NCBI GenBank assembly: GCA_958009085.1
Contig: OY253683.1
Span: 186,001-250,000, forward strand
Source: Protoeuglena noctilucae
Lineage: Eukaryota
DNA: 64,000 nucleotides
Reading direction: 5' to 3'
The notes beneath the pieces were generated by a model that did no database searches, was not told where the DNA came from, and was given only the letters and a program-made list of their open reading frames with translations. Numbering within the stretch: position 1 is the first letter of the stretch; every line of letters begins with the position of its first letter. The position numbers and the translations under genes were made by a program. Shown here piece after piece: positions 27,101 to 40,254 of the stretch.

Positions 27101-30100
27101 GCGTTTCCATTCGACAGCATGGCAGCTTGCGACGGCTTGCTACACGTCACACCCAATTGTAGCGAGCTGAAGCGCCCAGCTGAAGCTGTATGCTGCTTAA
27201 GTGCCAAGCTGAGGCGCCAAGACCGAGCGCCGAGTTGAAGCGCCCTCACCCGTGATGGAGATGTACCCGATCGGCGCGTCAAACCACACGTAAAAGACCT
27301 TCTTCTCGAACCCCGGGAGCGGCACGGGGGTGCCCCATCGCAAGTCGCGCGTGATGCACCTGGGGGGGGCGAGGTGAGTGGCTGCACTCTCAGGCAAAGT
27401 CACTGCAGGTCCCACCACAGGTCAGCTACTACAACAACCTTGCTCAGCAGTCTCAGCTCTCTCGACAATGTCCGTGGCGTGGGGATCGTCGAGCAATATC
27501 TAGCGTGGCAGCTCGCACGGCGCCTGGTCACGAAATCTCCCACACCCGCGTCCCGTGCCTCACCGCTGCTGGAGGCCGTCCCGGATCCACGCATTGGTGG
27601 TCGTCACGCAGTTGGTGGACCAGCCACCCGCAGATGACATCTTCTCGACGTACTCCCTGCAGGGCAAGGCGGTAAACTAGCCAGCGCATCACTCAATAGT
27701 ACGCATACGAGGCGTGTGCGGCACTACCACTGTGCATGGCTCGCCCAGCTGAGGTCTCAGGGCATGCTAGGCCATGCCCAGCATTGCAGCTATGCTTGTG
27801 TACACACTAACGCGTGGCTCGCCCAGCTGAGGTCTCGCCTGAGGCGCGGCTCGATGGCGGGGAGGTCCAGGAAGACGTGCTTGGTGGGCTTCAGCACCGG
27901 GGTGGTGCCGGAGAACTTGCACTTGGGGTTGATCAGCTCCGTCGGATTCAGCAGCGACCCGCACGCGTCTGCGAAGTGCTAAGAGAGGCGCTGTGACAGG
28001 TACATTGAGAGGCGCCGTGAATGAGCGGCGCCGTGACATGTGCTAGAGAGACGCGTGGGTGGTCGGTCAAGCCCAATGTGCCAGCCACGGAGCATAGCCA
28101 GCAGGACGGTGTCTTCTGCACAGCACGCACCGCACTGGTCCCCCCGCGCGTCCTCGTACTTGCACTTGGGGCACGTGCCGACGACGTAGCGGTCCGCGAG
28201 GAACTTGCCGAGACCGGGCGAGAAGAGCTGCTCCGTCTCGCGCTCCTTCAACAGGCCGTTCTTGTGCAGGTCCCTGCGAGAGTACAAAACACCATATAGG
28301 TTGCCCCTTCGCGACCCCCGTGCCCCTGCCACGTGGCACGTGTGGCATCCAAAGCGACAAGTACGAAAGTGGCGGTCCCGGTGTGCCGATCGTGACATGG
28401 CGCTGTCAGCAGCGAGGTCCCTCACAGGAAGATGGACTGGGCGATCTCGGTCTGGGAGCGCGTGGGCGTGCGCCCGAACTTGTCAAAGTCGATGTCGAAC
28501 CATTCGTAAATGGACTTGTGGATCGCGTGGTACTTGTCGCAAATCTGCTGCTCCGTCAGGCCCTCCTCCAAAGCCTGCGGGGCCAATCAGGGGAGACAGG
28601 CATTGACAGCACGTTTGCTGCATCCACCGCACGGCACGTTTGCGTCATCTCCGAGTCGCAATGACTTTATGCAATTTTCGCGAGCCTCGCCTTGGTCTCC
28701 GTGGCCGTGCCATACTCGTCCGTGCCGCACACGTAGACGACGTTGTAGCCCCGGGAGCGGGCGAACCGCGCGTACACGTCGGCGGAAAGCACGCACCCGA
28801 TGATGTTGCCGAGGTGGGGCACGTTGTTCACGTACGGGAGCGCGGAGGTGACCAGGATGTTGCGCGCCCCGGCTAACGGAACCTGCGGGGGTAACAGAGA
28901 GCGGGCTGCTTGCCACTTCACATGAGCGAGGCTCGCGCATGTGCGAGAGGAGTCGCAGCAAGCGGTCACCTTAGGCGTCGACTTCGCCAGCGCCTTCACG
29001 TCAGCGGCGACGACGTCGGACGCAGCGCTCGCGGCCGCTTCGGGAGCCAGCTGCGCGATGGCAGCGGCCGTGGGGCCCAGGTCCACGCGCGCTGCACCTG
29101 CCGCGGCCAACGTGCACGCGACCGCGATCTGCGCCAGCGGCCCCGCCTCCTTCACGTCCCTCTCCAGCGATCCCAGCGCATCCCGCGCCGCAGCGACCTT
29201 GGCAGCGAGGCCGTACGCGGCCGGACGGATGAGCGTCTCTTCCCTCTCGAGCACCGAGTCGAGCAGGGCTTCCTTGCCCTGCGCGAGACGACGCGAGCTG
29301 AGGTTCACGTCTTGATTAACACAGCTGCGGGGGACAGGGCTCGAAGCATCGCCCCTGGGCCCCTCCCTTCTTCCTCATGTCCAGCCGCACCTTGGGAATG
29401 AGCGACGCGCCGACCAGGCGCGCCGCTGTGTTGGGGCATGTGACGTTCACTCCGTCAGATTGCAGCACCATGGGGAACCTGCCGGAATACACCGCGTTCG
29501 CGTCGCGGATGGCCTTGAGGATGTCCTGCTCCGCGCACTCCACGACCTCCACCTGCGGACGAGGCGCGGTGATGCGAGCGTCACGACGTGACCGAAGCAA
29601 TCGCAGGCCGAGCCTTTCGGCTGAGGGCGCGCCCTCCCGGCGAGCCCAGGGGCGAGCAACGGCAGGATGCACGACAGTTGCGCCTTCGGAGGTGTGCCGC
29701 GAATTCTGTCATTCATTCCTGACGCGAGACAGACGTTCAGTACACCAGTGGAGCGCACAGCGAAACAGGGGCTCCGTAGAGCGACTCCTGCCCTCCATTC
29801 CCTCGGCGGCTAAGAGCGCAGCAAGCGGGCAGAAAGGCCGAGCTCCAGCAGCGTCAGCACCAGCGCAAGCTGCAATTTAGCCCCTTATGAACAGCAAGCC
29901 ATGGATCATTAGCCACCCGCGCGCGTGAGGCGCGAGCCAGCACGTAGCGGGTCTGCTCTGATGCAAATGCGAGCGCTCGCTGCCGGATTTGCGGCGCGAC
30001 CCATCCTTTAGCCAGCTAGGCACCTGAGCGGACGCGGCCTTCGCCGCCAGCAGGCATTTTAGGGCCTGTGGGTCCCCACGGCTGCGCACGAGCAGCTTCA

Positions 30101-30101
30101 T
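24164..30101 (-). CDS. MARS: Cytosolic methionyl-tRNA synthetase with an N-terminal extension and a C-terminal EMAPII/tRNA-binding domain
   Basis: Motifs include [18 protein letters not shown] (HIGH), CGTDEYGT, the zinc knuckle [44 protein letters not shown] (KMSKS), LLNNLGNF, and C-terminal VDLRVGKI...HPDAESLY...[18 protein letters not shown]. Stop TAG at 24164-24166. Confidence 0.96.
24885..25005 (-). repeat. Coding KEGGKG(A) repeat linker in MetRS
   Basis: [16 protein letters not shown]...[14 protein letters not shown] lies between the anticodon-binding and EMAPII domains. Confidence 0.8.
25243..25305. repeat. Intronic ~30-bp direct tandem duplication
   Basis: agcgggactgagagcaagctgtgggcaggc occurs twice in a MetRS intron. 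Confidence 0.85.
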
Positions 30102-30762
30102 GACTGGGACCGCTCTCATGCAAGGGGGGCCGCCCCGTCCTGCCAATCAGATCCCGCCGATGTGAGCTGGTCCACAGGCGCCAGCTCTCAATCACTGAGA
30201 CGGCGACAGGGCTGTGCTGCACGGCGCCAGTGAGTGCCACCATGAGACAGATGGTACTTCAACGGCTGGGTAACACGTTTCCGCTCCACTGCTGCCCTGA
30301 CCAGGCGGGAAAACGTGGAGCGGACGGTCAGGGCCGTCATAGGAAAAGCGGGGCGTGCGTCCCATGAGGGATAGGTAGGAAGATGCAGGTGGTTAGGAAG
30401 ATCCTAAGATCGTAGAATTGGCCTAGTGTTAGGTCTAGGAATAAACCGTGGACAGCAGCACTGCAGTTGCATCCAGAGCCAACTAGCGGTGGAAGGTTGA
30501 GATGTGGCAATATGCATCACTAAAGGCATATGCAAGGCACGGAAGCTCGTCAGTACGTGGCAGGTGGACTACTTGGGTGCCGGAGGGTACGGAAGGGCAG
30601 CCAACATGGAAACTTGGGGCACGGGTGGATGGAATGTTGCGGTGGTTCGTTGGGCAATGTGGAAGGGCGGGTGGTGAGTGCGGGGCGATCGGGCGCTACG
30701 ATCACATGTCATCGACGATGGCACGGACCCGTGGGCGGACCACAACATGTGCAGAGCGGCCC

Positions 30763-33700
30763 TCAGGCCACCTGGTCGAGCGACCTGCGCTTGACGGGCT
30801 GCTGCATGGACCACCCGGGGGCGTGCCTCGCGCCGTGGCCGCTGCTGGCGAACAGGAGCTTGTCCAGCGCCGATCGGTCGAAGCGCAGGGCGGGGCACGC
30901 CGAGGAGATGGCGCTCAGCAGTCTCCCCGCGTCGGCAGCGACGGCCTTCCTCACTGTGAGGACCTCGTCCTGCGTGCACGGGTGCAGAGGAGGACTCAGG
31001 CAGTCACTTGCATCACCATGACTCCGTCTATGTAAGGTTGACTGTCTACGTGCACCGTGACAAGACAGCGTCTGGCACGCATGGCTAACAAGCGCAGCGC
31101 ACGCCGTCTCTTCCCGTGTCCCTCACCCCGACGACGCGCTCTCCGTCCGAGCGCCTGCGCCGCTGACCCTGCAGCTCCTGCATGACGCGCCGGTCCCACC
31201 AGGCGACGGCGGCCGAGCCCTGGGCGGTCGCGTAGCACAGGTCGGCGTGCTTCAGGACCATGAGGCACACGAGCTCCATGTCCCCGGCGTGGTGCAGCCA
31301 GCTCTGGGCGCGGGCGCGGCCATCACGCTGCTCGCCCAGGCTGTTGACCTGGAAGCATCACCAGGTGATCAATTGGTGAGGGTGCTGCCTGGGTTGCTGC
31401 CTTTTGAAATGCACACTACTTTTGCGACGCAGGCAGCTCACGTTCGCGACGTGGACCTTGCTTTTGATGATGACCGACATCTGCGCCAGGCGCGACTCGT
31501 ACTCGGGGCTTGACTCGGTGATCAAGTTGGTCACGAGGCCTGCGGGCGTCGGGCACTTGGCATGTGGAACCGACGACAGTGCCCAGACTTTGCCACACCC
31601 GCATCGATCAAGGGAGCGGTTCGTGTCAGACCAGTGGCACAGATGCTGTCGCACGCAGGTTTCGCATTCCTTCATCAGAGCCTGCTGGATCCCGCTCATC
31701 TCACCGTTGACGCGCTCATAGTCGGCGTCGGTCAGGTTGGAGAAAATGTTGGCGTCAGTGGAGGACATTGCGGTCGTGAAGGCAGCCGACGCGCTGGCCA
31801 TCTCCTGGGGGGTCTGGCCGCAGTAGACAAGGTCGAGGGGGTGTCGGCGCCGGCGCAGCTCGGCGTTGCTGACCCCGAGCGAGGCGTGGTGCAGGGCAAT
31901 GGCCGCCACCAGGAGGGCGAACTTGCACAGGACGGGCAGCGGGGCCAGGTCGGGGTGCTTCAGCGCGCAGTAGACGGCGTGCATGGCGTCGACGGCGTGC
32001 CTGCAGCGGCGCGGGAGAGGGGCGCGTTACCTGTCGCGTGCCGCACACCGGTGCGACGGCAGACCCACACGCACAGACACGAGTGCTCCTGGCGGGCACC
32101 TGGGGCAGTGCAGGGGCAGGTTGGCGTGGTTGGCGAGCATCTTCTCGGCCCATGCGACGAACTTGACGCGATGGCAGATGGAATCTGGGATGCGGGCCTT
32201 CATGAAGATGGCGTGGACGGCGGGGACGAGCTGGTCGTGACGCAGGGCCATCGAGGTCCAGTCGCGCGTTCCCATCTTGTTCACGATGCTGGGATCAAAC
32301 CGCGTCGACGGCTTGGGCTCGGCCGACGGCCGCTGCGGCATGCCCATCCCGCGCAAGGAGGGCATGGGCTGCTGCGTCAGTGCACCCTGCGAGAGCCGAG
32401 GCGACTCGAAATCCAAACAGCGCACAAGGACGGAGCAAGCGAGGTGCGGAGCGTCCGGGCATGTCATCTCAGTCGTGCACCACCCACAAACAAGGCTCAT
32501 GCGCACAAGCCGCTGCCGGCTCACCGGGGGCGGGGGCGAGCCCTTGACGACGCGGATTCCTAGACCCGCGGGGATCCCGTCCGTCTCCGACAAAGCCCTG
32601 TCGTCCGCCTCCCGCGCCGTCTCCCGGTTGGGGAGGTGGTTCGAGATGTCAAGGCCCAGGTCCGTGGCCGTGGGGATGGTCCCCACGGAGGGCATGACGT
32701 TGATCTCCGAGACGCGGACGCGGAGGAGCAGAAGCTGCGCCGTCTTGACGGACGCCTGGAGGTGGGCCAGCACCCGCTGCATGGTCTGCGCCACGGTCGG
32801 CAGGGCGGCGGGCGCGGCGCTGGACGGGGCGGCGCTGCTGCGGGACTGGCCCCGCGTGGGCAGCAGCCAGGACCGCCGGCCGCTCTGCCCGCTCTGCTGC
32901 ACGTCCGGGGGTGCTTTGCCCGAGTCGGCCTGCGTCCGGCGGCTGGAGATGCCGTGGGGCCCGTCGTCGAGACCAGCCACGGTGCCGTCCGCCCGGAGCC
33001 ACTGGGCGGACGCGGCCAGCGCCCCGATGCAGGCCTCCAGCGGCGCGACGAGGTGGGTGGCGATGGACCGTCGGATGACGTAGGAGATGACGAGGTTGAT
33101 GGCCAGGACGGCCGCGCAGACGGCGGCGTCGATCACCACCACGCGGGAGTAGAGGCGGTCGAGGGAGAAGACGAACGCGCTGCTCTCGTCGGCGCTGTCG
33201 AACTGCGCGCGTGACAACGAAGGCCGATGGTGGGCGGCGAGCAGCGGGGCTGCAAGGTGGGCCGCGAGGGAGCCCAGCCGTGTCAGACGCACTTGCGCGT
33301 GAAGCGCAGCCGCGCCTCACCTCGAATGCCAGGGCGACGCGGCCCGCCTGGAACTCCGGCCTGGCCCAGTTAAGGACCGTCCCATCGGCCATGGCGACTC
33401 GGGCCGAGACGACCCTGCGACGAGGCGGCAGGACATGTGTGTTACGCACGGGTGCACATGCTGTGCACGGGCGAACGTGCTCTTCACGGTACGCAGACAT
33501 CAGTACCAAGGATGCTTTGGGATGCCAACACGCACAGCGCTGCTCACTGCACCCTCTCGGACTGGTAGAGGCTGTTGAGGTCTTGGACGGCCTGGCTTGT
33601 GCAAGGCGCGCCGCACTGGACCCAGTCCTGCGAGGCGATGGTGGTGACCAGGCGGGCGCACTGGCTGTGCACCGGGTCGGGCAGAGACGTGGCGAAGTAA

Positions 33701-35686
33701 CCGAGCATGCTGCACCCCCAGGCGACAATGCAGGCGAAGAGCATGATGTACGAGGACAGGTCGAGGAGCAGCATCGACGCCAGGAAGCTCGGGCTGCAGG
33801 GGGCGGGGCGGGCCAGGGGGTGTGCTGGCGGTGGACAGGGGTATGCACGTCGGGGTGCGTCGCGAGCGCAGTGGCGGGCGTCCTTACCGGAGCGGGTCGC
33901 CCCCGACGCGTACGGACAGTTTGCGGTGGCTGAGGCTGGTGATGGCGAGGCCCACGGCGACGACGTGCAGGGCCGAGATGCCCGGGACTAGTGCGAGGGC
34001 GGGTCTGCCCTCCATGAGGACGGTGCGGTAGTGTCCGATGTGTTCCGAGTCGATGACTGGCAGCCACGTGAGGCACACGACGAGGACGGCGACGAGGACG
34101 GCCGAGAGCACGCACTCCAGCCACATCATGCGCCGGGCTAAGGCCCACTGCACTCCCTTGAAACGGATCTGCGGGACGCCGAGGGCGGCTACGTTTCTGA
34201 TCGCGACATGCGCAGCACCTGGCACAATCATTTATCAAATGCAACGCAATACCATCTAGCGGCATGACTGCGGGTCTGTGAGCGCAACTCGCCTGGGCCT
34301 GAACGTGAAAGAGCACAGAGTTGAGGAGAAGGGTGGCCACGAGTACGGTAGGAACGACAAAGACGGCGGGGGCGTTGTGGTTGCGCGCCCCCGGGCCGTG
34401 GATCAGGAACCAAGACAGAGGGCGCTCCACGGCGAATAGCCCCGCCGCGGCCAGCACCACGACGGCATAGGCAGGCGACATGAGGACGCGCCACACCTGG
34501 TCCCTGCGGCGAGCGTACGCAGATCATCAGAACGCTTCCGTATGTAGAACTCACAGCTGGGTAGGAAAAGAGACATGGTTTTGATCCTGAAACCCCCGCG
34601 CTCCCCCTGCGCAGCGCACCAGGCGCGGCCCGCCGCAGGCAGAACGTGCGCGTCGGACGGTTGCAGGGTCTCAATGCTTTCCCGCGCCCTCCCAAACGCC
34701 GCCTCCGCGCTCTTGGCCGCGCCCATCGCGTCATCCGACAGGTACGACTTGGGGTGCTCGACCTGGGACGGACCCCCCCGGCGGAGGGACGCGAAGGCCG
34801 AGTCGCGGTCGAGGACACCCGGGGAGCCCTCCGCGGCCCCTAGCGCCGGGTCGGGGCCGGACGGAGACGCCAGGCCGAGGCGCGAGGGCCCGTGGGCGCC
34901 CGGCGAGTCCCGCGGCGCGTCCTCCCGGGCGCTGCCGGCCTCGAGCGCCGACGCGGGGATCCACCCCGCCCACCCCGACAGCTCCATCTCGTCCGGGCGC
35001 TGCGGGATGTCGCGTGACCTGCGCGACGCGCCCCGGGGCGGCGGCGACCCCTCGAACGAGCTGCGCGGCTTGGCGGACAGCATGAGCTCAGACGGTGACC
35101 CCGGGGCGACCCTCCTGGATGGGAAGCCAGCCCAGGCGCCCCGCAGGATGGAGCTCCCGCTGCTGTCGTCGGCTGCCGCGAGGGTGGCCGACCCCACGCG
35201 AAAGGGCAACGAGACCAGGGCTGCGTCCTCCGCTGGGGCTGCCCCGTTTTGGAGCCGGCGCGCTGGGGGCAAGTGGAAGGACACGAGGGTCGATGCGGGG
35301 GGAGCGGAGGGACAGCAAAGCGCGATGGGAGCGCGCGGCGTGGCACCTGGGCGGCCGTCATCGCCCCACAGCCTCGTGGCCACCGCGGGTATGACATGAT
35401 TGAACTTCTTGAGCCGGCCGGAGGCGCTGCGCTGCAGCAGCGTGGTCGCAGCGTCGGTCGCGGGGTTCGGGCGGTCGTCTGCTGCCGCGCTCGCTCGGCC
35501 CTGCGCAGACGGGCGCGTGAAGAGGGTTTGTAGCATGCCCAGCGTGCCCCTCGGGCCCTGCCCGATCGCGCTCGGGATGCCAGCCGGCCCGATCACCACA
35601 TCAGCCTCTCGCATCGACACTTCGGCCTCCAAAGACCTCCTCACGGCGGGCAGATCGCCCGAGACGCGCGGCGCCCTCGCTTGCAT
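30763..35686 (-). CDS. Multi-pass membrane protein with a C-terminal degenerate class I cyclic-nucleotide phosphodiesterase-like domain
   Basis: Several hydrophobic helices lie at about 33050-34500. PDE-like segments read NLPLHCP|RHAVDAMHAV, FALLVAAIALHHASLGVSNAEL...HPLDLVY, NIFSNLTDADYE and VLKHADL...W..RVMQE. Both ends are approximate. Confidence 0.65.
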
Positions 35687-36392
35687 GGCCCAACTGTCCG
35701 GGCCGCGTCACGGCCGCGGCCCGCACGCAGTGGGTGTGTCGACCGATCGTCAGTAACGTCTGAGGAGACAACGCCGAACAGCTCAGCGTCGCGCCCGACA
35801 CGCTCCCGGCGCGCCTCCAGCTGCGGGCGCAAGGGCAACATGCGAGGCGCGCGGGCCGCACCGTCTCCGCCCTTGTCGGCCTCCCGGAAGTGGCCCCCGC
35901 AGCGTCATGAGTAGCTTTCCCTGCGAAGGGGCCGGCAATGTCGAATCAGCGGCCGGCAACAACCTTGCGCGGTGCTTTTTCATACCCGAGGACGGCGGAA
36001 CCGTCGACGCGGGTGCTTGCGGCTTCGTTTACCATCAAAGTACCAGGCCATTGATTTTTCCCCTCGAAGCCCTCGTTCGTCGACTCACCGCGTATTCTTC
36101 GTCGATGGGCGGCACCGAAACGCCCCGTGTTCCTACCCGCCGCGGTAACGCGATCTGTACGTCGCACTGGACCCGACGCCGTCGAAAAGGTACTGACCGG
36201 CGGCGCAAGGAGGGTTAGGGTCTACCCAGTCACGTCGCACCCACATCAGCCAAGCGGCAGCGACGTCGGCGACAACACCCCGACAATAGTTGCCGAAACG
36301 CACGTTTTGATTCAGTGTCACGCCTTTTCGTTCTTTACCAAGCTAGAGTCCCCAGCCCACCTTTTAGCCAGTCGCTCGCACGAAGCGGTTCC

Positions 36393-39300
36393 ATGGGCGT
36401 TCTGGCCATCCAGCGGGCGCCCCTCGGGGCCTGCCCTGCGCCCAGCGCGCGCACCAGGGAGCCTACCCGCGAGTTCGGTCTCGAAAACTTTCCTGAACAA
36501 GGCTGCCGGGCGATTCTCGACCGAATGCTGGACTCTTGCGCCGAGTCCGACATTGCTAACCTCGCGGGAGTCTGCGCCCGTCTCAAGACGGCCGTGTACA
36601 ACAGTGCGTGCCAAGCCCAGCAAGGTGCTCTCCTGCCTACCCTAGCCAGACGGTATCTTGCGTGATTGCCACCCTGCTGCCTCTTATTGCAGACGAAGAA
36701 ATGTGGAAAACGCTTGCGCGGAGGCGCTGGGCCAGTCCGGACCCGCAGGACGCAGAGCATGGAACGTGGAGGTCTCTGGTCCAGGCCGGCAACCTGCGCG
36801 CGCAAAAGACCACCATAGGTGCGGTCGCGGGCACTTTTACTTAGTAACACTCGTCTTTCAGTGCCAAATCGGCGAGATTCGCTCGTGACAGCACGGCGGG
36901 TACGGCGAGTCACCTCGCGGCCCTCTGCCTGCTGCTGGGGAAACGAAGGCATCGAGCCTTCCCGACACGAGCCCCTCGACGACCGTGAGCTCGACCTTCA
37001 GCCACTCCTGCCGCCCCCGCAGAGGTGACCTTGAAGGAGTCCGAGCTCTTCTCCAAGTCGACCTCCCGTCACGTCTTCACGCTCGCCGGCCGGCGCTTCA
37101 TCCTGACCGCCCGTGCCGAAGCGCCGCCGCCCATCGAGTGGGACAGGAAGACGCAGGGGCCGCAGCCGTGGCGCCCGCATGTGCTGACTGCGCGCGTAGA
37201 CCTCCTGCCACAAGGCGTGTCCGAGCGGTCGGCGCTGCCGGGCATGGAGAAGACGCACGAGGAGAGGGCCAAGCAGCGGCTGCAGCTGCAGGCGCTCGAT
37301 ACACCCAGGGGTTCCGAGAGCGGGGCCAGCCAGGGCACCCCGACGAAACTCTTCCGCAAGCGCAGCAAGACGACGGTGTGCGGGCCACGCGATGCGCTGG
37401 CGCTGCATGGTGGCCATGCCGCGACTGCGACCGGCCAACCTCGTCTTGCCCCGCCCCCCGCCGCCGCAGGTGGCTCTGTCCCCCGACTTTGCCACCGCAC
37501 CCCACGGTCACGATGATCGCGATCTGGACGAGGACTGCCTGGAGCTGCAGCACCAGCCGAGCGCCCGGGGGCCTGACAGGGCACACGGCGCGCGCAGCAG
37601 CATGCCATCCGGCAGAGACGGCGCGGGCGCCTGGGCATGCTTTGGGGGCGGGCAGACGCGCGCCCGGAGCCAGTCGGCGTGCTACACCCCCGAGATGCCC
37701 TCCTCGCCCGTCCGGCCTCCCGGCGAGGCGCGCGGCTCCGTGCCGGTCGGGACGTGGGCCGAGACGGTGGAGCCGCTGTCGCCCAAGCTGCAGGGACGCG
37801 CCAACGTGCACCGCGAGTTTGACAAGGGCGTGGCTTCCGCCGCCCCGCGCCCCGCGCTCGGCAAGTCCGCGTCCATGAAAGCCACCGCCATGGACGCCCG
37901 CGCGCCCGTGATGGGCATGGCGCGCGCCGTGCCCCGTGCCAACGGGTCCCGGTCCCCCAGCCCGCCCGCCTCCACGGTCAGCAACAACCCCAGCGCCCGG
38001 GCCAGCATGGAGGGTGGCTTTGGGGGCCCTGCGGACGGCATGCCGCTGTTCATGGCCCTCACCCTTTCGGCCAAGGTCGGGAAGCACCAGGCATACGACA
38101 AGGACCTCCGGAGCCGTGCTGCGGCGGCCAACATCTACAAGTGCGAGGACGTGAGCCGGAAGAAATTTCCCGGGGAGACCCCGACGGAGGAGGGCGGCTG
38201 GGCCATGGTCTCATGTGAGCGTCGGCAGCGCTGGCGGCGCTGTGGCGCAGGGGCGGGCTCTCAGCCGTGTGCCACCGGCTGAGCCACAGAGGCGCGTGAC
38301 GCGTTGTGGCCCTTGTGCTGACACGCCGGACCCGTCGCTCCGCCGCAGCGTGCCACCTGTTCTCCGAGAACACCCCGACGCTGCGGCTGACCAACGTGGC
38401 GCCCGTGGTCCAGACAGAGGAGTTCCACACGGCGTTGTTCCGCAAGTCCCCGGTCGGGGGCACCATCGTCAAGCTGCAGCTCTCGGCGCTGGTCTGCGAG
38501 GCGCCCGAGGCGGCGCGGGTGGTCAGCGAGGCCGGGGAGGTGCTGAGTCAGGCGGCTAGGCGTGGGGCTTACGAGGCCATCACGGGGCGCGTGGGCGACG
38601 TGGTCCTGAGCGGCAGCGCCAAGGAGACCAAGACGCCGAGCACGCTGGCTTCCGAGAACGGCTCGCGTGAGGAGGGCAGCAGCGTGCGGGACCACGCGCT
38701 CGAGGCGCCCGACCTTGCCAGGGACATGCACGCGCAGTTCGCCCTCTCGGGAATGGCCGCCGACGCCGGCGGGTACGGGTCGGGGGCGCCGCGGTCGACC
38801 CTGGCCCCGCGAGAGGACCCCGTGTCGGACGCTTCGGTGGCGCAGCCCGTGCGAGCCACCAAGGGCATGCTGTCCTTGGGGGGGCTGCAGGGCACCGTCG
38901 CTGCGTTCCAAAAGTGAGGCTGCAGTTTGGATCCGGCGCGCTCGTCGCCTCTGCTCTGCGCCGCCTCTGCTCTGCACTGCTCGCTTGTCGTCTGTGCCAG
39001 ACTCAGCGCCCCGGGCTCTCACCCGCACTTGCAGGGCCGCGCGTCTCCTGATCCGGGTCCCCAGCAGCAATCAGGGCCCCACCATGCGCAGCGTGGACTG
39101 CGGGAATAACCACCCCATGGGTGTTCCCTTCCTGGACGGCGAGCAACCCCTGGTGACGATTAGGCTGGCTAAGCAAAACACGACGAGGCGACTGGGCTAG
39201 GTCGTACTCCCTATGAAGGGATCCCTGGTGGCTGGCAGACGTAGCTGACTTACTCCTCCGATCGCTCCCCATCCGCAGCTCCTGGCCGCTGTTGCCCTGG

Positions 39301-40007
39301 CGCTCAAACGGGCCACGTGTGGCTACGCGGCGGCGCGGGCAATGGCGTTGCTGTTCCTGGGGAGCGTCGCTGGGCAGGACACGGAGGCCGTGTGGCAGGA
39401 CAAGGTGACAGTCGAACGACAGGAGATGCTGAGCTGCGCAGGCTTGGTAGATGTGGAGACCGCTGACCCACCGCGCCTTTGCCCCCCCAGTCTGACACTG
39501 TCGCCCGGAAGGCCGCCACGGTGTACTTTGCGCGCAAGATGCTGACGGACTGGATGGAGGAGGCCATTCCGGATGTCTGGCTGGACCCCAAGGACATGGT
39601 GGCGGCACGGGTCAAGGCGGAGGCGGACCAGGCGCCACCCGTGGAGGCGCAGGCGGCCGCGACGCCCGGGGCGGTGCAGGCGTTGACCAAGACCAACTCG
39701 TTCAACGTCCGCAAGGGGGCGAGCGCCCCGNNNNNNNNNNNNNNNNNNNNNNNNNNNNNNNNNNNNNNNNNNNNNNNNNNNNNNNNNNNNNNNNNNNNNN
39801 NNNNNNNNNNNNNNNNNNNNNNNNNNNNNNNNNNNNNNNNNNNNNNNNNNNNNNNNNNNNNNNNNNNNNNNNNNNNNNNNNNNNNNNNNNNNNNNNNNNN
39901 NNNNNNNNNNNNNNNNNNNNNNNNNNNNNNGCAGGACCGGGAAGGGGTACCGGACGGAGATGGACGCCCTGCGCCGCCTCCGCGAGTTGCTGGGGAGCCC
40001 CGCGTAA
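36393..40007 (+). CDS. F-box domain protein (multi-exon, interrupted by an assembly gap)
   Basis: The N-terminus has an F-box-like LENFPEQ...ILDRML...DIANLAGVCARLKTAV followed by DEEMWKTLARRRW...TWRSL. Further + strand exons run to 39730, and a post-gap exon ends at TAA 40005-40007 followed by TGTAA near 40042. Linkage of all exons into one gene is uncertain. Confidence 0.55.
39731..39930. other. Assembly gap (200 N)
   Basis: Run of n characters. Confidence 1.
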
Positions 40008-40254
40008 GAGGTCATTCAGCTGTGTGTCCCGACGGATGAGATGTAAGAGCACGTTCCTGCGTTTGGATGTTTTGCAAGTCATGCGGACCCTGTAAGCCGA
40101 ACGTGTGCAGATTAGCATGAGATGGACGTGATGAGTTGCATGTGATGAGTTGCATTGGTTGGTTGAGCTCGCGCTTTAGAGATCGCTCTCGTGTCGCCGC
40201 ATCGTGATCGCCGTGTACCGTGTTAGCTATCCCGTTCAACCGCGTTTCAGGAAC

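Noticed and set aside
27733..27837. Direct repeat tggctcgcccagctgaggtctc present twice in a MetRS intron
   Set aside because: It is a short local duplication with no sign of mobility or function.
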